Positions 10,446-19,771 of a DNA stretch of 64,000 nucleotides are shown piece after piece; the stretch's first letter is position 1, and each line of letters opens with the position of its first letter. The notes beneath the pieces are model-generated. The model did not search any database. It was not told where the DNA came from and saw only the letters and a list, made by a program, of their open reading frames with translations. A program made the position numbers and the translations under genes. Source of the DNA: a bacterium (GTDB lineage Bacteria > Zhuqueibacterota > Zhuqueibacteria > Residuimicrobiales > Krinioviventaceae); contig CAXXFV010000014.1 in the NCBI GenBank assembly GCA_963674595.2, positions 107,502 through 171,501 on the forward strand, written 5' to 3'.

Positions 10446-11939
10446 TCAATCCTTTACCCATTCCCGTGACCGTTCAACGGCCTGATGCCACTTTTGTGTC
10501 ATCTGTTTGACTTTATCTTTTTCCATTTCAGGTTTAAAGGATTTATCAACCTGCCACAACTTTTGAATATCAACGACATCTTTCCAATATCCGGTTGCAA
10601 GGCCGGCCAGATAGGCTGCTCCCAAAGCGGTAGTTTCAGCAATTTTAGGCCGTATAAGCGGAATTCCCAAAACATCGGATTGGAACTGCATCAGCATATT
10701 ATTAGCGGTTGCTCCCCCATCGACACGCAGTTCATTAATTTTAATTCCCGAATCGGCTTCCATGGCTTCAATCACGTCCAACGTTTGAAAAGCAATGGCT
10801 TCCAGCGCTGCACGGGCAATATGTCCGGCCGTGGTTCCCCGTGTCATTCCCACAATCGTACCCCGGGCAAACTGGTCCCAGTATGGCGCACCAAGTCCGG
10901 CAAAAGCAGGCACAAAATAAACGTCTCCATTGTCATCAACACTCCCGGCCAGTTTTTCAACATCTGCGGATGAAGAAATAATTCCCAGACCGTCCCGTAA
11001 CCACTGCACAACAGCGCCGGCAATAAAAATACTGCCTTCAAGAGCATAAACAGTTTCGCCATTTATTTGCCAGGCAATTGTAGTGAGCAAATTATTTTTA
11101 GATTTGATTGGTTTATTCCCGGTATTGACAACCAAAAACGAGCCTGTTCCATAGGTATTTTTTACCATTCCGGACTGCGTACACATTTGTCCAAAAAGTG
11201 CAGCCTGCTGGTCACCGGCCATACCGGCAACAGGAATAGATGCACTGAACAGAGGTCCTTTAGTTTGACCATATATTTCACTGCAAGAACAGACTTTTGG
11301 CAAAATGCTCGCAGGAATATCCAACAAATCAAGAATCTCCTGGTCCCACTCTAATGTATGAATATTGTACAAAAGCGTTCGGCTGGCATTGGTTACATCG
11401 GTAACATGTTTTTGCCCGCCGGTTAAATTCCACACAAGCCAACTGTCAACCGTGCCGAAAGCCAGCTTGCCCTGTTCAGCCAGGTCACGTGCTCCCTTAA
11501 CATTTTCTAGCAGCCATTTGACTTTGGTACCGGAAAAATACGCATCAATAAGCAAGCCTGTTTTCTTTTTAATCATTTCAGCATGACCTGCCGCTGCCAA
11601 TTCACGACAATACTCGGCGGTTCGTCTGTCCTGCCAAACAATGGCATTGTGAATGGGCTCACCGGTTTCCCGGTTCCACAAGATTGTTGTTTCACGCTGA
11701 TTGGTAATGCCGATGGCCTGAATATCATCAGCACATAAACCGGTATTTGACAAGGCCTCAACCGCCACTTGTGACTGGGTCTGCCAAATTTCCTGAGCAT
11801 TGTGTTCCACCCAGCCTGGTTTTGGAAATATTTGTTGAAACTCTTGCTGCGCTTTTCCCTTTATATTTCCCTGGTAATCAAAAATAATAGCTCTGGAACT
11901 AGTCGTGCCCTGGTCAAGTGCTAAAATATATTTTGCCAT
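10446..11939 (-). CDS. glpK: Glycerol kinase
   Basis: [66 protein letters not shown]. Start placed at MAKY after a GGGAG RBS. Confidence 0.97.
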   Translation of the reverse strand: MAKYILALDQGTTSSRAIIFDYQGNIKGKAQQEFQQIFPKPGWVEHNAQEIWQTQSQVAVEALSNTGLCADDIQAIGITNQRETTILWNRETGEPIHNAIVWQDRRTAEYCRELAAAGHAEMIKKKTGLLIDAYFSGTKVKWLLENVKGARDLAEQGKLAFGTVDSWLVWNLTGGQKHVTDVTNASRTLLYNIHTLEWDQEILDLLDIPASILPKVCSCSEIYGQTKGPLFSASIPVAGMAGDQQAALFGQMCTQSGMVKNTYGTGSFLVVNTGNKPIKSKNNLLTTIAWQINGETVYALEGSIFIAGAVVQWLRDGLGIISSSADVEKLAGSVDDNGDVYFVPAFAGLGAPYWDQFARGTIVGMTRGTTAGHIARAALEAIAFQTLDVIEAMEADSGIKINELRVDGGATANNMLMQFQSDVLGIPLIRPKIAETTALGAAYLAGLATGYWKDVVDIQKLWQVDKSFKPEMEKDKVKQMTQKWHQAVERSREWVKD

Positions 11940-12031
11940 CAACGTCTCCCATTTGCTCATAAAAAACCACAGTTACACATCATGTTATTAATAATAAAAA
12001 TATGATTTTTATAAGCAACAAAAATTTTATT

Positions 12032-12271
12032 CTATTTGTTCTTTTCCTTGAGGGTCCCCAGGCATTCTTCGGCATGTTTGCACCATTTAGCACAGCCGGT
12101 ATCTATTTTTGGATTTCGCACATCTTTATGGCATTTAGGACAGGGCCGAACCGGTTCGTCCTTCCAAAACTCTATTTCTTCACCACAAAAAGGGCACAAA
12201 ACATCATAAATATCTTCCGGTTTCCAGAACCTGAGGTCCTGTCCCGGACAGCGGTGCTTTTCCATAACCAC
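12032..12271 (-). CDS. Small cysteine-rich (8 Cys) putative metal-binding protein
   Basis: CPG, CPFC, CPKC and CAKWCxxAxxC in 79 aa; AGGAGG RBS; 3 nt downstream of DUF3786. Confidence 0.8.
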   Translation of the reverse strand: MVMEKHRCPGQDLRFWKPEDIYDVLCPFCGEEIEFWKDEPVRPCPKCHKDVRNPKIDTGCAKWCKHAEECLGTLKEKNK

Positions 12272-12274
12272 CTC

Positions 12275-12871
12275 TTATAATAATCCCAAACAAACCCTTC
12301 CGGCCAAAACAGCCGCATCTTCGGTTGACAAGACATGTTTTATCGAGGCATCAAAAAGGAGTTCCGCGTCAGGCGGAAACTCTTCATCACCCAACCGGTA
12401 TAAAAGCGTTACATACAATTTGCCAAACACATGAATACGGGCGCCAAAATCGCCTACGTCAATCGGCTGCCAGTTATACCGGTTCAGATTTTTTTTTAAT
12501 AAATCGATATCATTACCAAATCGATTCACCATCGGGCGTATGGAACGCGCTAAAAACGGTTCATAATAAAAAATCCCGCCTGGAAGCTGTCTAAAGGAAA
12601 TCAATTCACTTGTTTCGTTTATTTTAAGGTCATTAAGTAGATAGTGCAACAGCAATATACGGTCACCCGGCTTGGCGGGCTCATTTTGTTCTCGAAACAA
12701 CTGAAAATCAGGCATGCGCAGGGTCATATCAGCGCCAAGGAATTTTAAGGAAAGGGTATTGTTTAAAGGTATCGGCAGTCCCAGACGGGAACATCTTTTA
12801 TTCAAATCAACATCTGCCAGTTTTTCTATCGCCAGTTTTACAGCCTCTTTATGTCCGTTTTCCTTAGACAT
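12275..12871 (-). CDS. DUF3786 family protein, commonly found with corrinoid/acs clusters
   Basis: ILLLHYL, ISFRQLPGG.FY..PF, GDEEFPP.A.LLFD, LSTED.A. Confidence 0.85.
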   Translation of the reverse strand: MSKENGHKEAVKLAIEKLADVDLNKRCSRLGLPIPLNNTLSLKFLGADMTLRMPDFQLFREQNEPAKPGDRILLLHYLLNDLKINETSELISFRQLPGGIFYYEPFLARSIRPMVNRFGNDIDLLKKNLNRYNWQPIDVGDFGARIHVFGKLYVTLLYRLGDEEFPPDAELLFDASIKHVLSTEDAAVLAGRVCLGLL

Positions 12872-12980
12872 TAAAAGTCCGTTTTATATGATGAATAGAA
12901 AAAATCTGAAACGGAACTGTGTTATCCTTAATATTTTGATGCAACTCTTTAAACAAAAAAAAACTCACCTTTATTTCAAA

Positions 12981-14891
12981 TTATGGTTTCTTGTATAATT
13001 TTTCAACAGACGGAAAAAATTTTAATTCGGTATGCGGTAAAAACAGGGCACCGGTATATTGGTTCATATATCCCGGGTCCGTACTCAATTCAATATAAGT
13101 CATTCGTCTTGCCAGGTCTGTTTGCCGTTGCCGGTAATCCTGAGACACCAGGACCATATATGCCCCCATTAAGGAAGAATTTCCAATATAATGATATTTT
13201 TCCCGAGGAACATCCGGCACGAGACCAAGGACAATTGCTTTTTCAATATCAAGAAAACGCCCAAATCCACCGGCGATATAAATATTGGCAACATCATCAA
13301 AACCAATTCCCACCTGTTCAAGCATTAAAGAACAGGCGGAATAGATAGCTGCTTTGGCCCGGATAATATTTTCAATATCCAGCTCACTGATTGTAATGTC
13401 CTTATCCAGACCACTTTTTTCTTTGGGTACAATAATATAACGGCTTATTCGGCCATCAGATATGATGACATCAGAGGAGCGGGAACGGTTTAATTTGCCG
13501 GCAGCATCAATCCATCCGGTCAGAAATAGATTAGCCAGTAAGGAAATCATCCCTGTTCCACAAATACCTTTTGGAGGCACATCACCGATGGTTTGATATG
13601 AAGCAATACCGGTTTCCGGATCGACATCAACCCGCTCAATAGCTCCAATAGCAGCCCGCATACCATATTCTATCCCCCCTCCTTCAAAAGCAGGACCGGC
13701 TGAGCAGGCACAGGTCATTAAAAAATCGCGATTACCAACGACCAGTTCACCATTTGTACCGACATCAATAAAAAGATGAATATCCTCCGTGTTTGCGGCA
13801 ATGTCCGTACAAAGTAATCCGGAGGTAATATCTCCGCCGACATAACTGCCGACGCTCGGAGATAAATATACCCAGGATTGAGGACTGATTTGCAGTCCGA
13901 CCTGTTCGGCTGTTAAATAGGGGGCTTCCAGGATGGTCGGTGTATAAGGTTCCAACCGGATATATTCCGGTTTCAGCCCCAACAACAAATGGACCATTGT
14001 TGTATTTCCGGCAATCACAGCGTTACAAACCTGAACAGGATTAACGTGATGCCCTTTGCAAACCTGAACAACAAGTTTGTTGATTGTTTTTAAAATCCGG
14101 GATCGCAGTTCAGCAAGCCGCTCCGGTTTTTGTGCATAATTAATACGACTGATAACATCCAAACCACAATGGATCTGGTCATTATACGCCGTTCGCGTTG
14201 CAATTGCTTTAGCTAATGGCAAAAATACGAGCTGAACAGCAACCGTTGTTGTTCCAATATCGATGGCAATACCATAATGCTGTGTAGATTCATCACCGGC
14301 TTCCAATTCGATAACATGATATCGGTCCGATTCACGAATCAGCGTTACCGTTACTTTACCATCCTGCTCGCGCAGTGTATCGGCAACCTTTTGAAGCACG
14401 GGTAAAGGATATTGTACATGTTTTTTGCCCCAATCCGCCTGAATGGCCCGGGTCAATCGGTCCAGGTCCGACAAACCATCCTCATACTGGGGTTTTGGAA
14501 CATTCACGACCCATTTTAAAGCAAGCGGATCAAACTGCCAGTCGGCCGGCAGCAGGTCATGCCGGATAAGGCAGGTGTCATCTGTTTCATCAACAAATTT
14601 CCCAACCTGACTGCCGCTCTGTTCAAGAATTTCGACAACAATGTCAAAATTTAAAACTTTGGTTTTACAGGCAAGAACAAATCCTTCGGACATTGTCGAA
14701 GGTAATAAAACACCGAGACTGTCGGAATCTACATCGCCCTTTAAAATACGCACTATACATTTTCCGCAAGTGCCCTTTCCGCCGCACGGAAGATCAATAT
14801 CAATCTCTGCATATCGCGCGGCCATGATTAATGGCGTACCTTCAGCAACCTCAACAGTCTTTCCAAAAGGTTGAAATGTTACTCGCGGCAT
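12981..14891 (-). CDS. acsV: ASKHA-type ATP-dependent reductive activator of corrinoid proteins (AcsV/RACo, DUF4445)
   Basis: N-terminal 2Fe-2S motif CGGKGTCGKC..C; DIGTTT, DVISRI, YVGGD, DVGTNGE, CSAGPAFEGG, GICGTG, AGGFG, GNSSL.GA. Confidence 0.93.
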   Translation of the reverse strand: MPRVTFQPFGKTVEVAEGTPLIMAARYAEIDIDLPCGGKGTCGKCIVRILKGDVDSDSLGVLLPSTMSEGFVLACKTKVLNFDIVVEILEQSGSQVGKFVDETDDTCLIRHDLLPADWQFDPLALKWVVNVPKPQYEDGLSDLDRLTRAIQADWGKKHVQYPLPVLQKVADTLREQDGKVTVTLIRESDRYHVIELEAGDESTQHYGIAIDIGTTTVAVQLVFLPLAKAIATRTAYNDQIHCGLDVISRINYAQKPERLAELRSRILKTINKLVVQVCKGHHVNPVQVCNAVIAGNTTMVHLLLGLKPEYIRLEPYTPTILEAPYLTAEQVGLQISPQSWVYLSPSVGSYVGGDITSGLLCTDIAANTEDIHLFIDVGTNGELVVGNRDFLMTCACSAGPAFEGGGIEYGMRAAIGAIERVDVDPETGIASYQTIGDVPPKGICGTGMISLLANLFLTGWIDAAGKLNRSRSSDVIISDGRISRYIIVPKEKSGLDKDITISELDIENIIRAKAAIYSACSLMLEQVGIGFDDVANIYIAGGFGRFLDIEKAIVLGLVPDVPREKYHYIGNSSLMGAYMVLVSQDYRQRQTDLARRMTYIELSTDPGYMNQYTGALFLPHTELKFFPSVEKLYKKP

Positions 14892-14916
14892 TTTATAAAC
14901 CTGCTTTCATAATAAT

Positions 14917-16254
14917 CTAGTTCAACCTTGTTTTAATATAACTTTCCAGATCAGCCGCCTCCTGGGGACCAACAAGAACCTTCCACCCGGACAGGCTTTC
15001 CTCGAGTTCACCACTGATTTGGGCAACATATCCGGGTATAATAATATCACGGCCTTTTACCAGCGAATCCAAATCTATTTCTTTGGCAAATTTCCCGATA
15101 TACCCCCCGGAAAATTTACCGGCAGCCCAGGCCGTTAAAACACTCATGCCTTCGCATTCAGGCACCAGCAGCCAGGCACTGGTTCCGCTGTTTTCAATTT
15201 CTCCGGAAACAATAAAATAGGTCAATGAAAAATTAGTGGTGACAAAGACCGGAGATTCCGGGGTTGGTTCACCGACGGCATAGAGTTTGGGTTCAACCTG
15301 AATCGGTTTTTGCGGGTCCGTGTAAATATTGAGCCGCAACGTCATTAACGTAGCCAACTGTGCCGCATCAAAAGCGGGAAGCACACAAATTCCGCCATAT
15401 TTGCTGATTTCCGTAACAGCGAGCGCGGTCTCTTCATATAAATCATTCGTGTTTAAAACCGTCAAACTGGGGTAGCCCAAAGGTTTAAAATTATCTTTCA
15501 ATGCCATACGACGTGCGATTGAATTGGTTTGAAAACGTTCGGCCAGAGAGCAAGTATTAAAATTAAGAATAAGGTTATTGAAACCACTTTCCTTAATTTC
15601 GCTCGTTAAAGAAACAAGCTCATTCAAATCCGGACCGGTAACAGCCAATGCATGTTCGTTTTTCTGAGCAGCGTCAACCAGTTCTTTGTAATTTTCTTTG
15701 GTTGCACAGGCGATAACACTGTGTGAGCCTTTAACAGCTTCTGCGGCGGCTACCAGCGCACTCGCACTAGCGCTGTTCAGCACCAGAGGACGTTTGACGG
15801 TTTCCCATGCTTTTTTTGCCACGGAAGCAAACTTTTCATTGTCTGTTCCCTTTTGGGTTACAGAAACCATATCGATGATCAATGTCTCTCCGACCCGTTC
15901 CAGAACGTAATCGGAAATTTGTTTTAGTGTTTTATCAATGGTGCCTTCATCATCCGTATCGTTTATATTAATCGCCAGCGCAGTTTGATTGACAAATGTT
16001 TTTTCATGGCGATATAAAACCGTTTCATCGCCAAGTTTTAATTTTTTATCCGGTCCCAGCTCAATAACTTTAACCGGCGGTTCACTGGCCGCACCCAACA
16101 CTTGTTTTGCTTCATCGGAAGCATAGGGGCATTCTGATAAATCCGCTTTTTTTGCGGCAAGTTTCATTGCAAAAGCCAGACAAGTGTTGGAACCACATTC
16201 TTTACAATTGGTTTTGGGAAGCAATTTTTGAATTTGCAAACCTGTTAATGCCAT
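14917..16254 (-). CDS. acsC: Corrinoid iron-sulfur protein large subunit (gamma)
   Basis: LTGLQI.KLLPKTNCKECG..TCLAFAMKLA...CP 4Fe-4S domain; NIYTDPQKP, TTNFSLTYF.V.GEIE, SVLTAWAAGKF, VLVGP.EA. Confidence 0.96.
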   Translation of the reverse strand: MALTGLQIQKLLPKTNCKECGSNTCLAFAMKLAAKKADLSECPYASDEAKQVLGAASEPPVKVIELGPDKKLKLGDETVLYRHEKTFVNQTALAININDTDDEGTIDKTLKQISDYVLERVGETLIIDMVSVTQKGTDNEKFASVAKKAWETVKRPLVLNSASASALVAAAEAVKGSHSVIACATKENYKELVDAAQKNEHALAVTGPDLNELVSLTSEIKESGFNNLILNFNTCSLAERFQTNSIARRMALKDNFKPLGYPSLTVLNTNDLYEETALAVTEISKYGGICVLPAFDAAQLATLMTLRLNIYTDPQKPIQVEPKLYAVGEPTPESPVFVTTNFSLTYFIVSGEIENSGTSAWLLVPECEGMSVLTAWAAGKFSGGYIGKFAKEIDLDSLVKGRDIIIPGYVAQISGELEESLSGWKVLVGPQEAADLESYIKTRLN

Positions 16255-16270
16255 TTTGAATATTCCTCCG

Positions 16271-19200
16271 TTATTGGTTCTTCTTGTCCATTAATTTTGC
16301 AATAGTACGTTTAACAGCTTTAACAGCGTCCGGGTTATACATGATCATAATATCCGCACCTGCATACAATAGATTTATAGCCGTAGCGGTTTCCCACATG
16401 GCGGCACGTTTTGCCAGTTCTCCCCAGGCAGGAAAATCAGATTCCGGCGCTTTAACTTCTTTAATTTTGGCACACTCCTGGCCGGGTGCAACGATCATCG
16501 GGCCTGCCAGCATTTTATCGCCATTTAATCCTGTGAGACGGATTCTTTCGATAACAGAGTAGGTGTATTCAATCCCATACCCGGCGGCACCGGTCATGGG
16601 GTCCATGATAATCTGTTCCGGTTTTATGTCCATATTTGTCAGGAGAATATTCATCTGCTTGGCGATGTTGACATCAATCGGACTCTGGGATACAAGTGAA
16701 TGTCCATAGGCCATAGCGGCACCGGCAATTGTTCGGTAATTATCCTGTTCTACCCAGTTTAACAAGAGATTTTCACCGGCACATGCCTGGGCGACGGCTT
16801 TAAGCACTTCATTATTTCGGTCAAAATTACTGTGACCGGTAATGATCAACGGAACATCGACAGCCGCTAGTACCTCTTTAACCACCTGCACAGCCTGCTC
16901 CGGGGTTCTGTTTCCTTTTTCAGGATGGGTTCCTTCAAGCCGAACACTGATCAAATCAGCGCCGAATTTTTCCACACAAAGTTTCGCCATTTCCGCAGGA
17001 TTTTTCAACGTGTCACCATAGTAACCGGCCAAAACAGGCGGGAATTTTTCACTGACCAGATCAAAAACTTCCATAGCAACAAGAGGAGCATTAGGCATTT
17101 CACCTTCCCATAAATGAAAAGGCATACAGGTCTGTCCGCCTACCTGATATGTTTTTCCGCGTGTACCGCCTTCTGCTTTAGTCGCTCCAAGTTTTACCTT
17201 CCAAACAGGTACTTCACAACTTTCTTTGGGAACAGTAAAAGCGGTTACAGCACTTAGACGCTCTTTAGCGGTCGGACCGGCAGGCAGTTCCGGTTCTTTG
17301 ACAATTTCTACCTTTTCTTCCGATTTTACAGGTTCCTTAAAAGTAATCGATCTTTCTTCTCCGAGAAATTTTTCGCCAAGAGTTGAAATAATTTCCCGTA
17401 CAATTTCCTTAGCCATAACGGATTTGAGTTCATCAGAAACTTCTTTTTTCAACTCTTGTTTTAATTGAGCCAATTGTTCGGGTGTCATGGGTTCATCCTC
17501 TTTTTCAGAAACATCTTTTGTTTCCGTAATTATTATTGATTCGACAGGTTCCTTTTTATCCGTTTCAACAGGTGATTCTGATGAAGAAATTTGCGACAAG
17601 TCTGACATTGTTAATGCCGGATGGTTCACTTTTTCCATATACTGTCTGACAGCATCAGCTTCAGTAGAAATAGTTTCGTCGGCAATTTTTTCCATCAGAT
17701 CCGCTGCATCCTGTTCCTGAAATCGCTTTTGCAGATCATCAGCCAGTAGATCTTTTAACTCTTTTGTCATCCAGACAAGACGTTTATGCCCGCCTTCTGC
17801 AAAAAGGAATTTTTTCGAAGTTAAAAAGACCTTTCCGCATCCCATAAAACCGGGTGTCTGCTGGCCGCCGCCGACACTTCCGGCTAAAGACGAAAAAGTC
17901 ATTCCAACCGGGGTGTTGCCCTGATACTCGCGATTAACAGCCATAATTCCATTACATTCCGGGATGTAAGCACAAATAACTTCAAAACATCCACAGCTTG
18001 TCATTGGCCGGTCCATAATGGAATAGGCACAAAAACTGGACACGGATTTATGGCTGTTGGTGTAGACATATTCGTCAACACCTTTCCAAATACCTTTTAC
18101 AGGGTCAACTAAATCACCTTTTTTAACCGGCTGATTGGGACCGGTTTCGTCGATTTCAAAAGCGGCTTTACCGTCAAGCCAGTTATAGGCGCCGCAAAGT
18201 CCGAGTCGTTCCGGGGTAATAATACATACATGGTCCGGGGCAAAAGATTGACACAACAAACAGGAATAAAAAGTATCTACAGAATCATCCGTCATGGCTT
18301 CCAACCGGCGGTTGCGTTCATCATAAACCTTACGGGCAATAGCAATACGTTCTTCAACAACTTTTTGGTCGGTAATCAATGTGACCTTAACTTTATCAAC
18401 AATGGCCGGGTAATCGGATAAAAACTTGGCGTGAATAATTTCGCCATAATCTTTCAGTCGCACGCCTTTTGCAAAAGCATCTCTGGAAACACGCGTCCAG
18501 ACAATATCCCGCTGTCCCATGTGCCAGATACCTTCCGCACCATTGACAAGATGGTGAATTTGGCGTTCGAGGATCGGTTCAAAATCAGACTGCATTTTGC
18601 GGCCCGCCACCTGGACCCAAATGCCCAGGGGAAGCACTGTTCCCGGTTCTATGGTATCAATATCCGGACCGATAATATCGATTTCGCCGTCATTAATTTC
18701 ATCCAGTTCTACCGAGGTTACAAATTCAAAAGCCTGTGATTTATTACCACCAAATTCAGCGTGGACATCGTTTTTGCGAATTCTTTCGCCTTCAAACGCC
18801 GGGCCGTATGAAACAGGAATCGGTACTTTGGTAATTTTAATTTTGCATCCGCGAACTTCAAGCGCCTTTTCCACAATGATATCATGAGGGACCTGCGAAA
18901 CGACATGTTCATAAGTACATACACCTGTCGGTAAAATTTGCGGTATATCCGTATCTGCAATAACCGGGAAACCATAATTAATGGCCCCTGCTGCGAGAGC
19001 ATATTTATCAGGAGTTACCGTACCGAAAGCCAGAACAAAGGCAAAAATTCTGTTTTTATTATATTTTAAATTTTTCTCAAAATCACCGGGTTTAACACCG
19101 CCAAAAGAAAGGGCGGCCCGGTTAGCAAATCCAAGTGCATAAATTAATGCGGAAACATCATTACCAAAAGGTACAAGCCGTGTTTCCCATCCAAGCTGAA

Positions 19201-19771
19201 TTCCCTCTTCAGCCAATTGTTTGGAAAAATGGTTTCCGTTTAGCCCGCCTCCCATAAAAACATACAGATTTTTTTCCTGCAATTCTCTGGCTATTTTAAC
19301 GGCAATTTCATTTGTCGGCGCTGCTCCGGTAATAGCGGCAAATCCGGGCGCTGTTCCATCGACAAATTCGATGCCTCTTTCACGCATAATCAAATCGCTT
19401 GCGGCACCCAGCCAAATATCATCAACCGGATGCGGACCGGTAATATACTTGCAGGCTTCAATAATTTCACAGGCAAACAAAGCCGCAACACCGGCATCCA
19501 GGGTACTTCCTAAATATGGCAGCCAGACTTTTTCAGATGGTCGTTCCGGCAATAGCTCTTTTGCACGTTTTAATATATCTCTCAGGTCCGCCAATGTTTC
19601 TGCTTTTTTACCGATAAATGAATAAATGACCGGCAAAAAATAAGCTGTATCCGGGAACCCGACTGCCTGGGATTCTCCTTTTATCTTAATCGCCTCATCA
19701 AGTTTCGATTCAGCGCGAGCAACCCATTCTACAGCACCGTCAATGGCGCTGCTGCATATCAGTTTAGACAT
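16271..19771 (-). CDS. acsB: Acetyl-CoA synthase (AcsB) fused in frame to CFeSP small subunit (AcsD)
   Basis: aa 1-~725 is full bacterial ACS with A-cluster ligands SCLLCQSFAP.HVC...RLGLCG and TSCGCFE, ending HPALTM. A ~125-aa linker follows, then AcsD (VKLGAT...GGTR, SPIDVNIAKQMN, DP.T...GYGIEY.YS.IERIRL..L.GD, WE..TA..LL.AGAD). Confidence 0.95.
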   Translation of the reverse strand: MSKLICSSAIDGAVEWVARAESKLDEAIKIKGESQAVGFPDTAYFLPVIYSFIGKKAETLADLRDILKRAKELLPERPSEKVWLPYLGSTLDAGVAALFACEIIEACKYITGPHPVDDIWLGAASDLIMRERGIEFVDGTAPGFAAITGAAPTNEIAVKIARELQEKNLYVFMGGGLNGNHFSKQLAEEGIQLGWETRLVPFGNDVSALIYALGFANRAALSFGGVKPGDFEKNLKYNKNRIFAFVLAFGTVTPDKYALAAGAINYGFPVIADTDIPQILPTGVCTYEHVVSQVPHDIIVEKALEVRGCKIKITKVPIPVSYGPAFEGERIRKNDVHAEFGGNKSQAFEFVTSVELDEINDGEIDIIGPDIDTIEPGTVLPLGIWVQVAGRKMQSDFEPILERQIHHLVNGAEGIWHMGQRDIVWTRVSRDAFAKGVRLKDYGEIIHAKFLSDYPAIVDKVKVTLITDQKVVEERIAIARKVYDERNRRLEAMTDDSVDTFYSCLLCQSFAPDHVCIITPERLGLCGAYNWLDGKAAFEIDETGPNQPVKKGDLVDPVKGIWKGVDEYVYTNSHKSVSSFCAYSIMDRPMTSCGCFEVICAYIPECNGIMAVNREYQGNTPVGMTFSSLAGSVGGGQQTPGFMGCGKVFLTSKKFLFAEGGHKRLVWMTKELKDLLADDLQKRFQEQDAADLMEKIADETISTEADAVRQYMEKVNHPALTMSDLSQISSSESPVETDKKEPVESIIITETKDVSEKEDEPMTPEQLAQLKQELKKEVSDELKSVMAKEIVREIISTLGEKFLGEERSITFKEPVKSEEKVEIVKEPELPAGPTAKERLSAVTAFTVPKESCEVPVWKVKLGATKAEGGTRGKTYQVGGQTCMPFHLWEGEMPNAPLVAMEVFDLVSEKFPPVLAGYYGDTLKNPAEMAKLCVEKFGADLISVRLEGTHPEKGNRTPEQAVQVVKEVLAAVDVPLIITGHSNFDRNNEVLKAVAQACAGENLLLNWVEQDNYRTIAGAAMAYGHSLVSQSPIDVNIAKQMNILLTNMDIKPEQIIMDPMTGAAGYGIEYTYSVIERIRLTGLNGDKMLAGPMIVAPGQECAKIKEVKAPESDFPAWGELAKRAAMWETATAINLLYAGADIMIMYNPDAVKAVKRTIAKLMDKKNQ

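Noticed and set aside
10446-12031. glpK as part of the acs operon (glycerol-linked acetogenesis)
   Set aside because: An AT-rich gap with its own TTGCTT/TATTAT-like promoter precedes glpK, and no other glycerol genes are present. Adjacency alone is weak evidence.
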